A stretch of 45,926 bases of DNA from a virus (IMGVR_UViG_3300042347_000757:1-45926), one strand, 5' to 3'. Positions 15,670-25,324 are shown, counted from the first letter of the stretch. Translations and numbers: made by a program. The notes: generated by a model not told the origin, from the sequence alone.

Positions 15670-17807
15670 TGGAAACTAAACTTTTTTCTCCCCTACTATC
15701 ATCTGCAAATAACATTGTAAAAATGAAGCGTTCTTTGCCGAAAAGAGCAAGGGATTATAATGATTTTATTAATTGGTTGGATACAAGCAATAAAGATATT
15801 AAAAAAATAAAATTACCAAAAAAGAAGAAAGTAGAAGATCTTCAATTTTTTGTTGGATCTGCTCTTGGTGGAGGAGGTGGCGGTGGTGGAGGAATATTAG
15901 GATCACTTCTTGCTGCACTTGGAATTAGAAAAGGAGCAAATTTTTTAAAAGGTAAACTTGGACTTCCCAAAGGAAAGTTCAAAGGAAGTTATGAAGATAT
16001 TATCAAAAAGCTTAACAAAAAAAGCAATCTAACAAAAGGCGAAAATTTTGCTTTAAGAGATTATAAACGACTTGTTGGTAAGGGTGGAATAAGTAATAAT
16101 TCTGCTGCTTTTCAGGCATTGTTGAGAAATTCAAATATGAATGAGTATGAGTATCTTACAGGGCACGGAAAGGGAGTAAGAGGTGGTGGATTTTCATCAG
16201 AAACCGCAGCACAATATAGACAAGCAGGAAGAAGTGGAGGTGGTGGATTTAAAGGAGCACCAAGAGGAAGACTTGGGGGAATTGCTGGACCATTGAATAT
16301 TGCTTTTGCTGGTCTTGATTTTATGGGAAGAAAAGGCGAAGGACAATCAAACCTCCAAGCAGGGGTTGGATCGGGAGGTGGTCTTGCTGGTGGTCTTGCC
16401 GGTGCTTGGGCTGGTGGGAAAGCAGGAGCAGCAGTAGGCGCAGGTATAGGCGCTTTATTTGGTGGTGTTGGTGCAGCTCCTGGTGCAGTAATTGGGGGAA
16501 TTATTGGTTCTCTTGCTGGTGGATTTGGTGGAGGACAACTTGGTGGAAATTTAGCAGATAAATTTACTGGTGCTGATAAAATAGACGAAAGATTAAAAGC
16601 ACAAGAAACAAAACAACGAGAAGCAGCATCTTCAAGTGACGTTACATTTGCAAGTATTACTGATAAATTTGATAAAGTTGTAAGTAAGTTTGAAAAATTA
16701 AAATTGGGAATGACTGGAGTTCAAAATAAAAATGATTCCAGTGAAGAAATAGAAGACTCCGATTCTATAGAACCCACAGATCCAATTAATACTGGAAATA
16801 ATCCAGAATCAACTGGATTACAACTTGAAGATGTTGAAGCATCTGGAGGGGAAGTTCCTGGAGCTCCAGATTCAAGTTTTAGATCGGCACGTCGTCCGAG
16901 GCATAATGGTAATGATTATTTTAAGAATGCTGGAACACCAATTAGTTTAATTCAAGAAGGAACAGTGACTGTTGCAGATATGAATTATAATCCTAGTGGA
17001 TGGGGAGCACTCATTGAAGTTAGACATAAAGATGGTTCTTTAAGTAGATACGCTCATATGAGTAGAATATCTGTTGCTCCTGGTTCTAAAATTTCCCCAG
17101 GACAAGTTATTGGATATACTGGTGGTGCTGCAGGTGCTCCTGGATCTGGAAATTCCGAAGGACCTCATTTACACTTTGAATATCTTCCTGCTGGTTCTGG
17201 TCAGGTTGACCCAACAGAAGCAGCCAAAAGAATTTTTAGATTTGGTGGTAATGTAAAAGTAAAAGCAAAAGCAAAAGCAGGAGCAAATGAACAATCCTCA
17301 GCAGCACCAATAGCACCAGAAAAAGGTGTCGATGTTTTTAATAAATTGTCAAAAGCAAAACCAGGGAGCGGAGAAACAATTAAAGTTCCTGGTGTTGGAA
17401 GTGTTGTAATGGGAAGAAATCTTTTTCAACAAGCAGAGAAAAAATACTTTACGGAAAAAGGAGAACAAATTACTGATCCCGAAAAGATAAAAGGATTTAA
17501 GAATCAATTGGATGCATTCCTCAAAAATTCTAGAGATTATGAATTATCACAAGCAAAAGTAAGAGCACAAACAGGCGATCAAATACCAGCACAAATTTTG
17601 ACACCACCACCAACTGCAGCACAACAAGCTGCAATATTTTTAATGGGAGATCAAAGTCAACAAGTTGCATCACAACCACAAGTTGTTCCATTTCCAATTC
17701 CAACTGGGAATGGAGGTGGTGGCGTTACAGTTATAATGCCATCCGAAGGTCAGATATTAAATAGTCTATGGACTACAATGCTTCTCACTAATCTTTCTTC
17801 AGCATAA
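15669..17807 (+). CDS. Tail/tape-measure-like protein with glycine zipper and M23 peptidase domain
   Basis: HNGND (HxxxD), RYAHM, GQVIGYTG, GPHLHFEY (HxH), VDP; long GxxxG stretch. Confidence 0.85.
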   Translation: METKLFSPLLSSANNIVKMKRSLPKRARDYNDFINWLDTSNKDIKKIKLPKKKKVEDLQFFVGSALGGGGGGGGGILGSLLAALGIRKGANFLKGKLGLPKGKFKGSYEDIIKKLNKKSNLTKGENFALRDYKRLVGKGGISNNSAAFQALLRNSNMNEYEYLTGHGKGVRGGGFSSETAAQYRQAGRSGGGGFKGAPRGRLGGIAGPLNIAFAGLDFMGRKGEGQSNLQAGVGSGGGLAGGLAGAWAGGKAGAAVGAGIGALFGGVGAAPGAVIGGIIGSLAGGFGGGQLGGNLADKFTGADKIDERLKAQETKQREAASSSDVTFASITDKFDKVVSKFEKLKLGMTGVQNKNDSSEEIEDSDSIEPTDPINTGNNPESTGLQLEDVEASGGEVPGAPDSSFRSARRPRHNGNDYFKNAGTPISLIQEGTVTVADMNYNPSGWGALIEVRHKDGSLSRYAHMSRISVAPGSKISPGQVIGYTGGAAGAPGSGNSEGPHLHFEYLPAGSGQVDPTEAAKRIFRFGGNVKVKAKAKAGANEQSSAAPIAPEKGVDVFNKLSKAKPGSGETIKVPGVGSVVMGRNLFQQAEKKYFTEKGEQITDPEKIKGFKNQLDAFLKNSRDYELSQAKVRAQTGDQIPAQILTPPPTAAQQAAIFLMGDQSQQVASQPQVVPFPIPTGNGGGGVTVIMPSEGQILNSLWTTMLLTNLSSA

Positions 17808-19129
17808 TGGCAGTCTCAGTACAAGGTTTAAGATATCAATCAGTTACCATTCAATCATTGGATGGTAAGAATAAAATTGATTTAACCAATTCAATTACAT
17901 CAGTGGATTATTATGAGGATATTTTATCTCCTTGTATAACAATGACAATGGATGTCATTAACTCATATTCTATTTTCAATAGACTACCAATTCGTGGTGG
18001 TGAAAGTGTTTCGATGGAAATTGAAACTGTTTCTGGAACATTCTTATTAGATGGCGACAATGCAATGTATGTGTATAAAGTAAGTAATCTTGATGCACAA
18101 AATAAAAATGAATCATTCACTTTACATCTCGTTTCAAGAGAAGGATTGACTAATGAAACAGTAAGATGCCAAACAATTTATAGAGGAAATTTACGAAATA
18201 CTGTAACTAAAATTCTTAAAGATGATCTGAAGACAAAAAAATTTAAATCTGAAAATATAGAACAAACCTCAAATTCTTATTCTTTTATTGGAAATAATAA
18301 AAAACCATTTCATACTTTACAATGGTTAGGACCAAAAGCAGTTCCTACAACTTCTGGTGGACCAACAGGAACTTCTGGTGGCGATCAAAGTGGGATAGCA
18401 AAAGGAACTGCTGGATTTTTCTTTTATGAAAATAAAGATGGATTTAATTTTAGAAGCATTGATAGTTTGGTATCAAATACAAGAATAGCAGTATCAAGTG
18501 CAAATAAGAAAAAAGTTTATAATTATAGTTATGATCAGTTTGTAATCGAACATAATAGTTTAAATAATAATTTCAAAATTATTAATTATAATTTTGAAAA
18601 AAATATTGACTTGATGAAATCTTTAAGAGTTGGTATGTATTCAAACAAAACTTATTTTTATGATCTTTATAGCAATTCATTGGATTTATATAAGTATACA
18701 TTAAAAAATCAAGTCAAAAATAAACTTGGTGCTGCTGAAAGTATTGCTGTATCTGATGAATTTGGCGATAGTGTATCTCGTATTATGGTAAAAGTTGCAG
18801 ATCGTGGGGTATTGAATTTTGATGGTTCTGTGAGCAATAAATTGACAAGTGGTGCTGATATGGCGATGGCATATTCAAGATACAATTTATTATTCAGTCA
18901 AGCACTAAATATGAATGTGCCATTGAATATCAATCTTAAATGCGGTGATATAATTTATGCACAGTTTCCAAAAATGGAACCTGCAAATACTGGAGAAGTA
19001 GATCCAGAACAAAGTGGATTTTATCTAATTAAAGAATTAAGGCATCATTTTGATCCTACTAACAAAATGCTTACATCTATGAGGCTAGTTCGTGATAGTT
19101 ATGGATTATACGGACCTAAAAATATTTAA
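17807..19129 (+). CDS. Baseplate hub protein (gp27-like)
   Basis: YYEDILSP, LPIRGGE, FIGNNKKPF, FFFYENKDGFNFRSID, SG.YLIKELRH, LVRDSYG; upstream of gp5. Confidence 0.7.
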   Translation: MAVSVQGLRYQSVTIQSLDGKNKIDLTNSITSVDYYEDILSPCITMTMDVINSYSIFNRLPIRGGESVSMEIETVSGTFLLDGDNAMYVYKVSNLDAQNKNESFTLHLVSREGLTNETVRCQTIYRGNLRNTVTKILKDDLKTKKFKSENIEQTSNSYSFIGNNKKPFHTLQWLGPKAVPTTSGGPTGTSGGDQSGIAKGTAGFFFYENKDGFNFRSIDSLVSNTRIAVSSANKKKVYNYSYDQFVIEHNSLNNNFKIINYNFEKNIDLMKSLRVGMYSNKTYFYDLYSNSLDLYKYTLKNQVKNKLGAAESIAVSDEFGDSVSRIMVKVADRGVLNFDGSVSNKLTSGADMAMAYSRYNLLFSQALNMNVPLNINLKCGDIIYAQFPKMEPANTGEVDPEQSGFYLIKELRHHFDPTNKMLTSMRLVRDSYGLYGPKNI

Positions 19130-19131
19130 AT

Positions 19132-19341
19132 ATGGAATTACAAGAACTTATAGACACTGTATGTGAGGAACTAGAAAATTCCTCATTAAACACACAAAGA
19201 ATAAGATATTTAAAATCATATCTAGAAGATCTTTTGAAATATCAAAAGCACAATCCTGATACTGTTGATATTCCAACTGCATTAGAATTATTTTGTGATT
19301 TAAATCCAGATGCATTAGAGTGTAGAATTTACGATGATTGA
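19132..19341 (+). CDS. cp12: CP12 Calvin-cycle inhibitor, cyanophage type
   Basis: C-terminal PTALELFCDLNPDALECRIYDD with the Cys-x8-Cys pair typical of CP12. Confidence 0.9.
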   Translation: MELQELIDTVCEELENSSLNTQRIRYLKSYLEDLLKYQKHNPDTVDIPTALELFCDLNPDALECRIYDD

Positions 19342-21595
19342 AGAATCTTTATTAAAATCAAATTATATCGGTAAAGATGGATTTAATTGGTGGATTGGTC
19401 AAGTTGCACATTCAAAGTATTGGAAAAAGGCAGCAGATTATTTCAATGGAGATTGGAATTATCGTTGCAAAGTAAGAATTATCGGATACCATCCTTTTTC
19501 TGGATCAATTTTAAGTGATAATGATTTACCTTGGGCACAAGTAATGATTGATCCTGCTTTCGGTAGTGGACAAGGCGGAACAGGAAAGACATTAGATTTG
19601 AAAGGCGGAGAAACTTGTTTTGGATTTTTCTTGGATGGAGATGACGCACAACAACCAGTAGTTATTGGTCTTCTTCATAGAAGTGATGGAGTTAAGAATT
19701 TAATTAGTGAGGAAAATGTACAATCAGATTTGAGTTCAGGATTTAAACCATTTACTGGACATCCTGGAAATAAAGTTAAGGCAACTCAATTAGAAGCAAG
19801 GAAAAGTAAAGAAATAGATCAAACTGCAACTACGGAGCAAAGAAACGAGCAATCAGCAGAAACTTCTCCAATATCTCCTTTTCTTTTTAATACAAATCTA
19901 GATTTAGGTGTAGGTGTTGGAATTACAAATGCTAATGTTTCTTGGGATAGTGAAAAAGGATATACATCAGAAATAAAAGGATTTGATCCTAATTTAAATT
20001 TGGTAGGAGATAGATTAGTTTGTCAAGCACAATCAACTTACGGAATAGAAAAAAAATGTGATAGAACTTATATTATTTCAAATGGGTGTCAAAATAATTT
20101 AATCAGTCAAATTACCCAAATACTTCAAGATTTTGTTGCAATTACAAATGGGTTGGATAATTATTTGGGTACTTATATTGATCCAGTATTAAATGAGATC
20201 GTAGATATTGGGCAATCAATTGCAAATTGTGCAAGACAAATTGGTGGAATTGTAAAATTAATTATTAATAATTTAAGAAATACAATTTTTAAATGTATTT
20301 CCTGGGCATTTAGAAAACTTGTGGGATTGGTTGTTCCTCTTCCACAACAAAAAATTATTATGGAGCAATTGAAAAAATATTTGGATATTATTTTTTGTAT
20401 TCTTGAAAAAATATCTGCTGAAATTATTGATTATATTGAAGGATTTCTTGGTGATTTGGCATCAAATATTATCAATGCTCCATTATGTGCAGTAGAGCAA
20501 TGGACTGCTGGAATTCTTGCAAAAGTTATGGATAATATGGAAAGCGCACTTTCTACTATTATTTCTGGAATTGGTTGGTTGACTGGTGGTATTTCAACTG
20601 TTTCTGGAATTTTAAATCAAGCAAGTTCATTGGCATCACAAATTTTTAGTTTTCTTGATTGCACTGGTCTTGCTTGCAAAACTCCATATGTTTGGTCATC
20701 TAAATTTGGACCAAGCGAAAAAGAAGCGGACGATTGGCAAAAAATGGTTAATGGTGTGAATGTATTTAAAGGTGTAAGTGATGGATTGGGTTCATTAGAA
20801 GAAGCAATGTATCAAACACCACTTTATGGTGGAATAACAGGAGTATTTAATGATATATTCAATCAATGTAATGAAAAAGTTCAAAATCCAACAAGTCAAG
20901 AAGATATTATTCCATTACCTATTGGATCAAAATATTCAACTTGCGTTCCACCGATTGTTAGAATTTTTGGAGATGGTATCGGTGCGAGAGCAATACCAAT
21001 TGTAGATTCTGCTGGAGCTATTTTTTCAGTAGAAATTATTAATAATGGATTTGGATATACGAGTCCACCAATAATTACTATTGTTGATAATAGTGGTTGT
21101 GGATCTGGAGCAGAAGCACAAAGTATTATTAATAAAGATACTGGTTCAATTGAATCCATATATGTAATTAATTCTGGTTCTGGTTATGCACAAGGAAATT
21201 ATACAAATATAGGAATTGGTACTACTGGTGGAACTATAATTAATACTACTAATAATATTCCAAATACTGGAAAAGTAATTGGTTGCGTTCAGAATATAAT
21301 TGTAATTGCTCCTGGATATGGTTATACTACTGGTGATACAATTACTGATGGAAAAAATACTTATATCCCAATAGTAACTCCTGGTTCTGGTGCAATTATA
21401 GGAATTGAACCGTTAAAAACTCCAGTTTGTGGATTTGATAAAGCACCAACGTTAACTATAAATACCAGATCAGGAGTTGCCGCAGATCTTGTTCCAATTA
21501 TGAAATTTACTCCAACATATACTGCAGTAGATCAAAATAAAATAAATCAACAAGCAGCAATTTCAGGCATTACATCAGTGGTGGATTGCATATGA
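19334..21595 (+). CDS. gp5: Baseplate hub/spike protein gp5, N-terminal OB-fold part
   Basis: GKDGFNWWIGQV, RCKVRIIGYH, DLPWAQV, GFFLDGDDAQQPVVIG. Confidence 0.85.
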   Translation: MIEESLLKSNYIGKDGFNWWIGQVAHSKYWKKAADYFNGDWNYRCKVRIIGYHPFSGSILSDNDLPWAQVMIDPAFGSGQGGTGKTLDLKGGETCFGFFLDGDDAQQPVVIGLLHRSDGVKNLISEENVQSDLSSGFKPFTGHPGNKVKATQLEARKSKEIDQTATTEQRNEQSAETSPISPFLFNTNLDLGVGVGITNANVSWDSEKGYTSEIKGFDPNLNLVGDRLVCQAQSTYGIEKKCDRTYIISNGCQNNLISQITQILQDFVAITNGLDNYLGTYIDPVLNEIVDIGQSIANCARQIGGIVKLIINNLRNTIFKCISWAFRKLVGLVVPLPQQKIIMEQLKKYLDIIFCILEKISAEIIDYIEGFLGDLASNIINAPLCAVEQWTAGILAKVMDNMESALSTIISGIGWLTGGISTVSGILNQASSLASQIFSFLDCTGLACKTPYVWSSKFGPSEKEADDWQKMVNGVNVFKGVSDGLGSLEEAMYQTPLYGGITGVFNDIFNQCNEKVQNPTSQEDIIPLPIGSKYSTCVPPIVRIFGDGIGARAIPIVDSAGAIFSVEIINNGFGYTSPPIITIVDNSGCGSGAEAQSIINKDTGSIESIYVINSGSGYAQGNYTNIGIGTTGGTIINTTNNIPNTGKVIGCVQNIIVIAPGYGYTTGDTITDGKNTYIPIVTPGSGAIIGIEPLKTPVCGFDKAPTLTINTRSGVAADLVPIMKFTPTYTAVDQNKINQQAAISGITSVVDCI

Positions 21596-22161
21596 GCAAT
21601 TGTAACGAAAATCAACAAGTAATTCAAAATGATTGGTATAGATTTGAATGCGGAACAAAAAGTTTTGCAAACGGTGATATAGAGTTGGGATTATCAACAC
21701 CAACTAAACAAGGAATTAATATGTATAAAAATGGAAATTGTGATTTTGCTATTAATGGAACATTAAAAGAAGTATCTGGATTTAATGTTAAGTCTGGTCA
21801 CGCGAGAATTATTGAAGCAGTAAATGGAGATATTCATATTAAAGCATCCAATGGAACTATATTTCTTGAAGCAAGAAATATTCGTCTTGTTGGGGTTGAC
21901 GGAGTAGAAGGAGAGATTACATTACAAGCATCAAGAATTTGCAATATTGATGCGCCCACTGCGGGAATACAAGGAACAAATATTTCTTTAGCTGCTTCTA
22001 GCAAAGTTCAAGTTGCTGGAGCGGCTGCAGCATCTCTTGTGGGAGGAGCATCAGCTACAATTGATTCTGGCGCTGATGCTGATAGTTCTTCAGTGATGGG
22101 CAAAATACTAAAAACATTAGAAGATTTTAAAAAATTCTTTAGTTCTATTTGTGAAGAATAA
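21592..22161 (+). CDS. gp5 C-terminal-like beta-helical spike protein
   Basis: ATGA overlap with gp5; IEAVNGDIHIKASNGTIFLEARNI short beta repeats. Confidence 0.6.
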   Translation: MSNCNENQQVIQNDWYRFECGTKSFANGDIELGLSTPTKQGINMYKNGNCDFAINGTLKEVSGFNVKSGHARIIEAVNGDIHIKASNGTIFLEARNIRLVGVDGVEGEITLQASRICNIDAPTAGIQGTNISLAASSKVQVAGAAAASLVGGASATIDSGADADSSSVMGKILKTLEDFKKFFSSICEE

Positions 22162-22166
22162 TAATC

Positions 22167-23024
22167 ATGGCAGATCTAACTATTGCGAATGTTGGCGAAA
22201 AACTTATAGTAGGGCAAATTGATTCATCATTTTTGACTTTATCTTCAAAATTTCTACCAGGAACTGCTGTTCTAAATGGACCAGTTTATATGGGAACACT
22301 TACTGGTGCTATTGGACTAGATAGGGCAACTTGTACGATTGGACCATCTATTGTGGGATTTCCAGTATCACTTCAAGTTGATGGAGTTACAAATATTTTT
22401 GGTAATGCAAATATTTTTGGAATAAAGAATGTTTTTGCATTTTCAAATATATTTGGATTTACAAGTAGGGTTGGAGCAAAATTTGCAACTGCATTTAATG
22501 CTGATGCTGGAGCAAAAGTACAAGTAGCTACAAATTTAACTTATGGATATAATATAAATCAAGCACTTTTGAGTGCGCCTTTATCTGCTGCAGTTCAATT
22601 TAAGGGAAGTATTGCTGGATGCCCAGGAAAGAAAGATTTTGATATCCCTCATCCAACAAAAAATGGATGGAGATTGAGACACGTTTGTATTGAAGGTCCA
22701 ACTGCAGATGTATATGTACGAGGAATACTTAAAGATTCAAATATAATTGAATTGCCAGAATATTGGAGAAAGTTAGTAGACCCAGAAACAATCACTGTCA
22801 ATTTAACTCCAATTGGTTGGCATCAAGAATTGTATGTTGATAAGATTGAATGGGGAACAAAAATTGTAATTAAAACTAATTCAGGTTCTTCTATAAATTG
22901 CTATTATACTGTTTATGGCGAAAGAGCAGATACTGATAAAAATATTTCAGAGTATGAAGGAACATATAATGATTATCCAGGAGATAATAGTCAATATATA
23001 CAATCAGCCATAGTAAATAAATAG
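22167..23024 (+). CDS. Virion structural protein with a C-terminal chaperone-like domain
   Basis: KDFDIPHPTK.GWRLRHVCIEGP...RG....IELPEYW..LVD...ITVNLTPIG, a domain typical of cyanophage fibre C-termini. Confidence 0.65.
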   Translation: MADLTIANVGEKLIVGQIDSSFLTLSSKFLPGTAVLNGPVYMGTLTGAIGLDRATCTIGPSIVGFPVSLQVDGVTNIFGNANIFGIKNVFAFSNIFGFTSRVGAKFATAFNADAGAKVQVATNLTYGYNINQALLSAPLSAAVQFKGSIAGCPGKKDFDIPHPTKNGWRLRHVCIEGPTADVYVRGILKDSNIIELPEYWRKLVDPETITVNLTPIGWHQELYVDKIEWGTKIVIKTNSGSSINCYYTVYGERADTDKNISEYEGTYNDYPGDNSQYIQSAIVNK

Positions 23025-23061
23025 TTTTAAGATCAAAGAATGAATATAAATTAATTAAATT

Positions 23062-24756
23062 ATGATTTCAACTAATTTTATTGCCGAGCAACAAGAGGAA
23101 TTAGATTATAAGACTGCAGAAGTACAAATGATCAAAGATCAATTAACACTGATGGATGTTAGAATTGATCGTTATGATACTATCATTCGTAATATAGATA
23201 AACAAATTATTCCACTTGTTGATGAAATTAATGTTTCTATTGCAGCAGTAAAAGATGCTTATGATAATCGGATTGCTGCTGGTTGTAGAAGTGATTTATA
23301 TTGGGAATTAACTTCTACAAAATCTTATTTTGGATTGTCTCCAATAGTAACCACAGTATATACTTGTAAAAAGAATCCAAATGTGAGAACAGATTATGGA
23401 TATTATGGTGCAAAGTATTATAGAAGACCACAAAATCAAGATTATGGATCAAATATTGTTCGTGAATTTTTGGGCGCAATAGATTCTGGTAGTAATGTTT
23501 TAGCAGTATTTGGAATTATTGGAACACAAAATATATCAGTTGGAGATGATATTTTAGATAATATTGATAATCCTGTTGTATTTTCTTCTGTTAATTTGCC
23601 CAAAATTGTTGGTTTTGGGACTACTAGTATTGCGGGAATTACTACCGATTTTGGTGGATATGTAAGTTCCGGTTCAACTATTATTGCGAATGTTGGTGTT
23701 GGAACTACAATTGGAATTAATACTGGAGATTCAATATCATTATCTGGAATTTTAACTACAGGAACAAAAGTAGTTGGGTTTGGTACTACTACAATTACGG
23801 TTAATAATGTTTGGGATTCAACTACTGGAACATTTATAACTACCAATGCAACTGCAAATAGTTTAATCATAAGTATTCCAGCTGTTGGAACTGGAACTGG
23901 AACTTTTAAAGTTGGACCTTTGGTTACTTATCCAACTTTAATTTTAAGTGCAGTAGCATTATCAACTGCAACAAATACTAATTTTACAAATATAAGAACT
24001 ACACAAATTGATTCAACTATATTTGATTATTCCAATAATCCCATAGATCCAGTGACTGTTGGTGTTTTGAATTCTAATACTATAGGTTTTGGTCATAAAT
24101 TAGTAAGAGTCAATGATGGAAGTCCAATTGGCCCATTTCAATGGCAAGAAGTTATGACTTCAGAATTTGCAAATAAAACTGATTCTCAATTAAATGAATC
24201 TGAAAGATATTTAAGAACTACTTATCCTGAACCTGCTTGTGGTGCAAGTTATGCCAGATACTATCCAGGAAATACTGAATGGCCTGTTTTATATACTAAT
24301 ACCTATAGTGGTGGTGGATCTTTTATTAGTTCAACTAGTACATATGCAAATGAAGGAACTACAATTACCATTGGTTTTGGTATAACATCTCTTTATAGTA
24401 TAGGATATACAACTACATCTTCAATAAATCCAGGTGCTGGTGTTTGTAATCCACTTGATGCTGCAATTATTGCTGCGGAAGCAAATAGAGATGCAATTAT
24501 TGCAAGAAATTTATCAAAAATTGATTCTTTAATTGCTGCATCTAATCCCTTAAGAGAAATGAGAAATACAATAGAATCTCGTGCCTTTGCAATGCTACAA
24601 GGAAGAGTTTATGGAGATGTTGAAGTAAATAAACTCAAACAAAATATTTCAATATTAAAATCAACAGATTATACACCATTTGAACCTCCAACATATTATT
24701 TTGATTCAACTACTGGAAAATTAGTGTCTTCTGTGGTTGGGACTTCGACCACTTAA
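23062..24756 (+). CDS. Virion structural protein (coiled-coil ends, Thr/Gly-rich core)
   Basis: 564-aa ORF, repeated VGFGTT / VGVGT, ATAAATA at 23017-23023 upstream. Confidence 0.7.
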   Translation: MISTNFIAEQQEELDYKTAEVQMIKDQLTLMDVRIDRYDTIIRNIDKQIIPLVDEINVSIAAVKDAYDNRIAAGCRSDLYWELTSTKSYFGLSPIVTTVYTCKKNPNVRTDYGYYGAKYYRRPQNQDYGSNIVREFLGAIDSGSNVLAVFGIIGTQNISVGDDILDNIDNPVVFSSVNLPKIVGFGTTSIAGITTDFGGYVSSGSTIIANVGVGTTIGINTGDSISLSGILTTGTKVVGFGTTTITVNNVWDSTTGTFITTNATANSLIISIPAVGTGTGTFKVGPLVTYPTLILSAVALSTATNTNFTNIRTTQIDSTIFDYSNNPIDPVTVGVLNSNTIGFGHKLVRVNDGSPIGPFQWQEVMTSEFANKTDSQLNESERYLRTTYPEPACGASYARYYPGNTEWPVLYTNTYSGGGSFISSTSTYANEGTTITIGFGITSLYSIGYTTTSSINPGAGVCNPLDAAIIAAEANRDAIIARNLSKIDSLIAASNPLREMRNTIESRAFAMLQGRVYGDVEVNKLKQNISILKSTDYTPFEPPTYYFDSTTGKLVSSVVGTSTT

Positions 24757-24774
24757 AGAAGTGGCACAAGACCA

Positions 24775-24803
24775 TTGACCGCGATTTGATTTCGTGCTAT
24801 GAT
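24775..24803 (+). promoter_or_regulatory. Sigma70-type early promoter
   Basis: TTGACC-17 nt-TATGAT with extended TG. Confidence 0.7.
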
Positions 24804-24830
24804 ATTAGAGTACAGATGAGTTCAACCTTT

Positions 24831-25004
24831 ATGATGATTTCCCGCGAAACCCTTAATGAACTTCGTCATCTTCAAGAAGATATGGCAGAGCATTTTACTG
24901 ATGAGCATTTTCCAATTAGCGGCGAAACATATTGGACTTGTGTAGAATGTTTGGCAACAGCAAAACTTGCTGAACTTCGTGGAGAACTAGTTTATGGTGG
25001 TTGA
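24831..25004 (+). CDS. Small hypothetical protein
   Basis: MMISRETLNELRHLQED...SGETYWTCVECLA.AKLAEL; the track's start at 24786 lies inside the promoter (24816 is an alternative). Confidence 0.7.
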   Translation: MMISRETLNELRHLQEDMAEHFTDEHFPISGETYWTCVECLATAKLAELRGELVYGG

Positions 25005-25030
25005 CAATTTTAAGACCATTATGATATAAT
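25001..25030 (+). promoter_or_regulatory. Consensus sigma70 promoter of the tRNA
   Basis: TTGACA-18 nt-TATAAT with TG extension, 13 nt before the tRNA 5' end. Confidence 0.8.
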
Positions 25031-25043
25031 GGTCTTACATCAC

Positions 25044-25324
25044 GGGAGCGTGGTGGAATCGGTAGACACAACGGACTTATGTAAAATTGAGCCTCATTTA
25101 GGAAACTTTATGAGTGTAACTCCTCAAATTCGGTGAAACCTGCAAAATGGCAATACCGAGCCAAGCATCGTAAGATGAAGGTGTAGAGACTAGACGGGGG
25201 GCACCTAAACTGAAAAGTATGGTGAAGGTATAGTCCAGACCACAAACCGCAAGGGCAAGGAAACTTGTAGTGGTAAGAAAATCCGTCGGCTTCGGCTGTG
25301 CGAGTTCAAGTCTCGCCGCTCCTA
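25044..25324 (+). tRNA. trnL: tRNA-Leu(UAA), exons 25044-25078 and 25278-25324, no encoded CCA
   Basis: Acceptor GGGAGCG/CGCTCCT, D-loop GGAATCGGTAGAC, spliced anticodon arm ACGGA-CTT|AAAA-TCCGT, long variable arm, GCGAG-TTCAAGT-CTCGC T-arm. Confidence 0.93.
25079..25277 (+). ncRNA. Group I intron (IC3-like, 199 nt, ORF-less) in the tRNA-Leu anticodon
   Basis: U before the 5' splice site and terminal G; P AAATTCGGTGAA, Q AATACCGAGC, R GTAGAGACTAGA, S AAGGTATAGTCC; P7 GACTA/TAGTC. Confidence 0.92.

Noticed and set aside
16230-16550. GGT/GCT-rich repetitive DNA
   Set aside because: Explained by Gly/Ala zipper coding; no fixed-length nucleotide repeat
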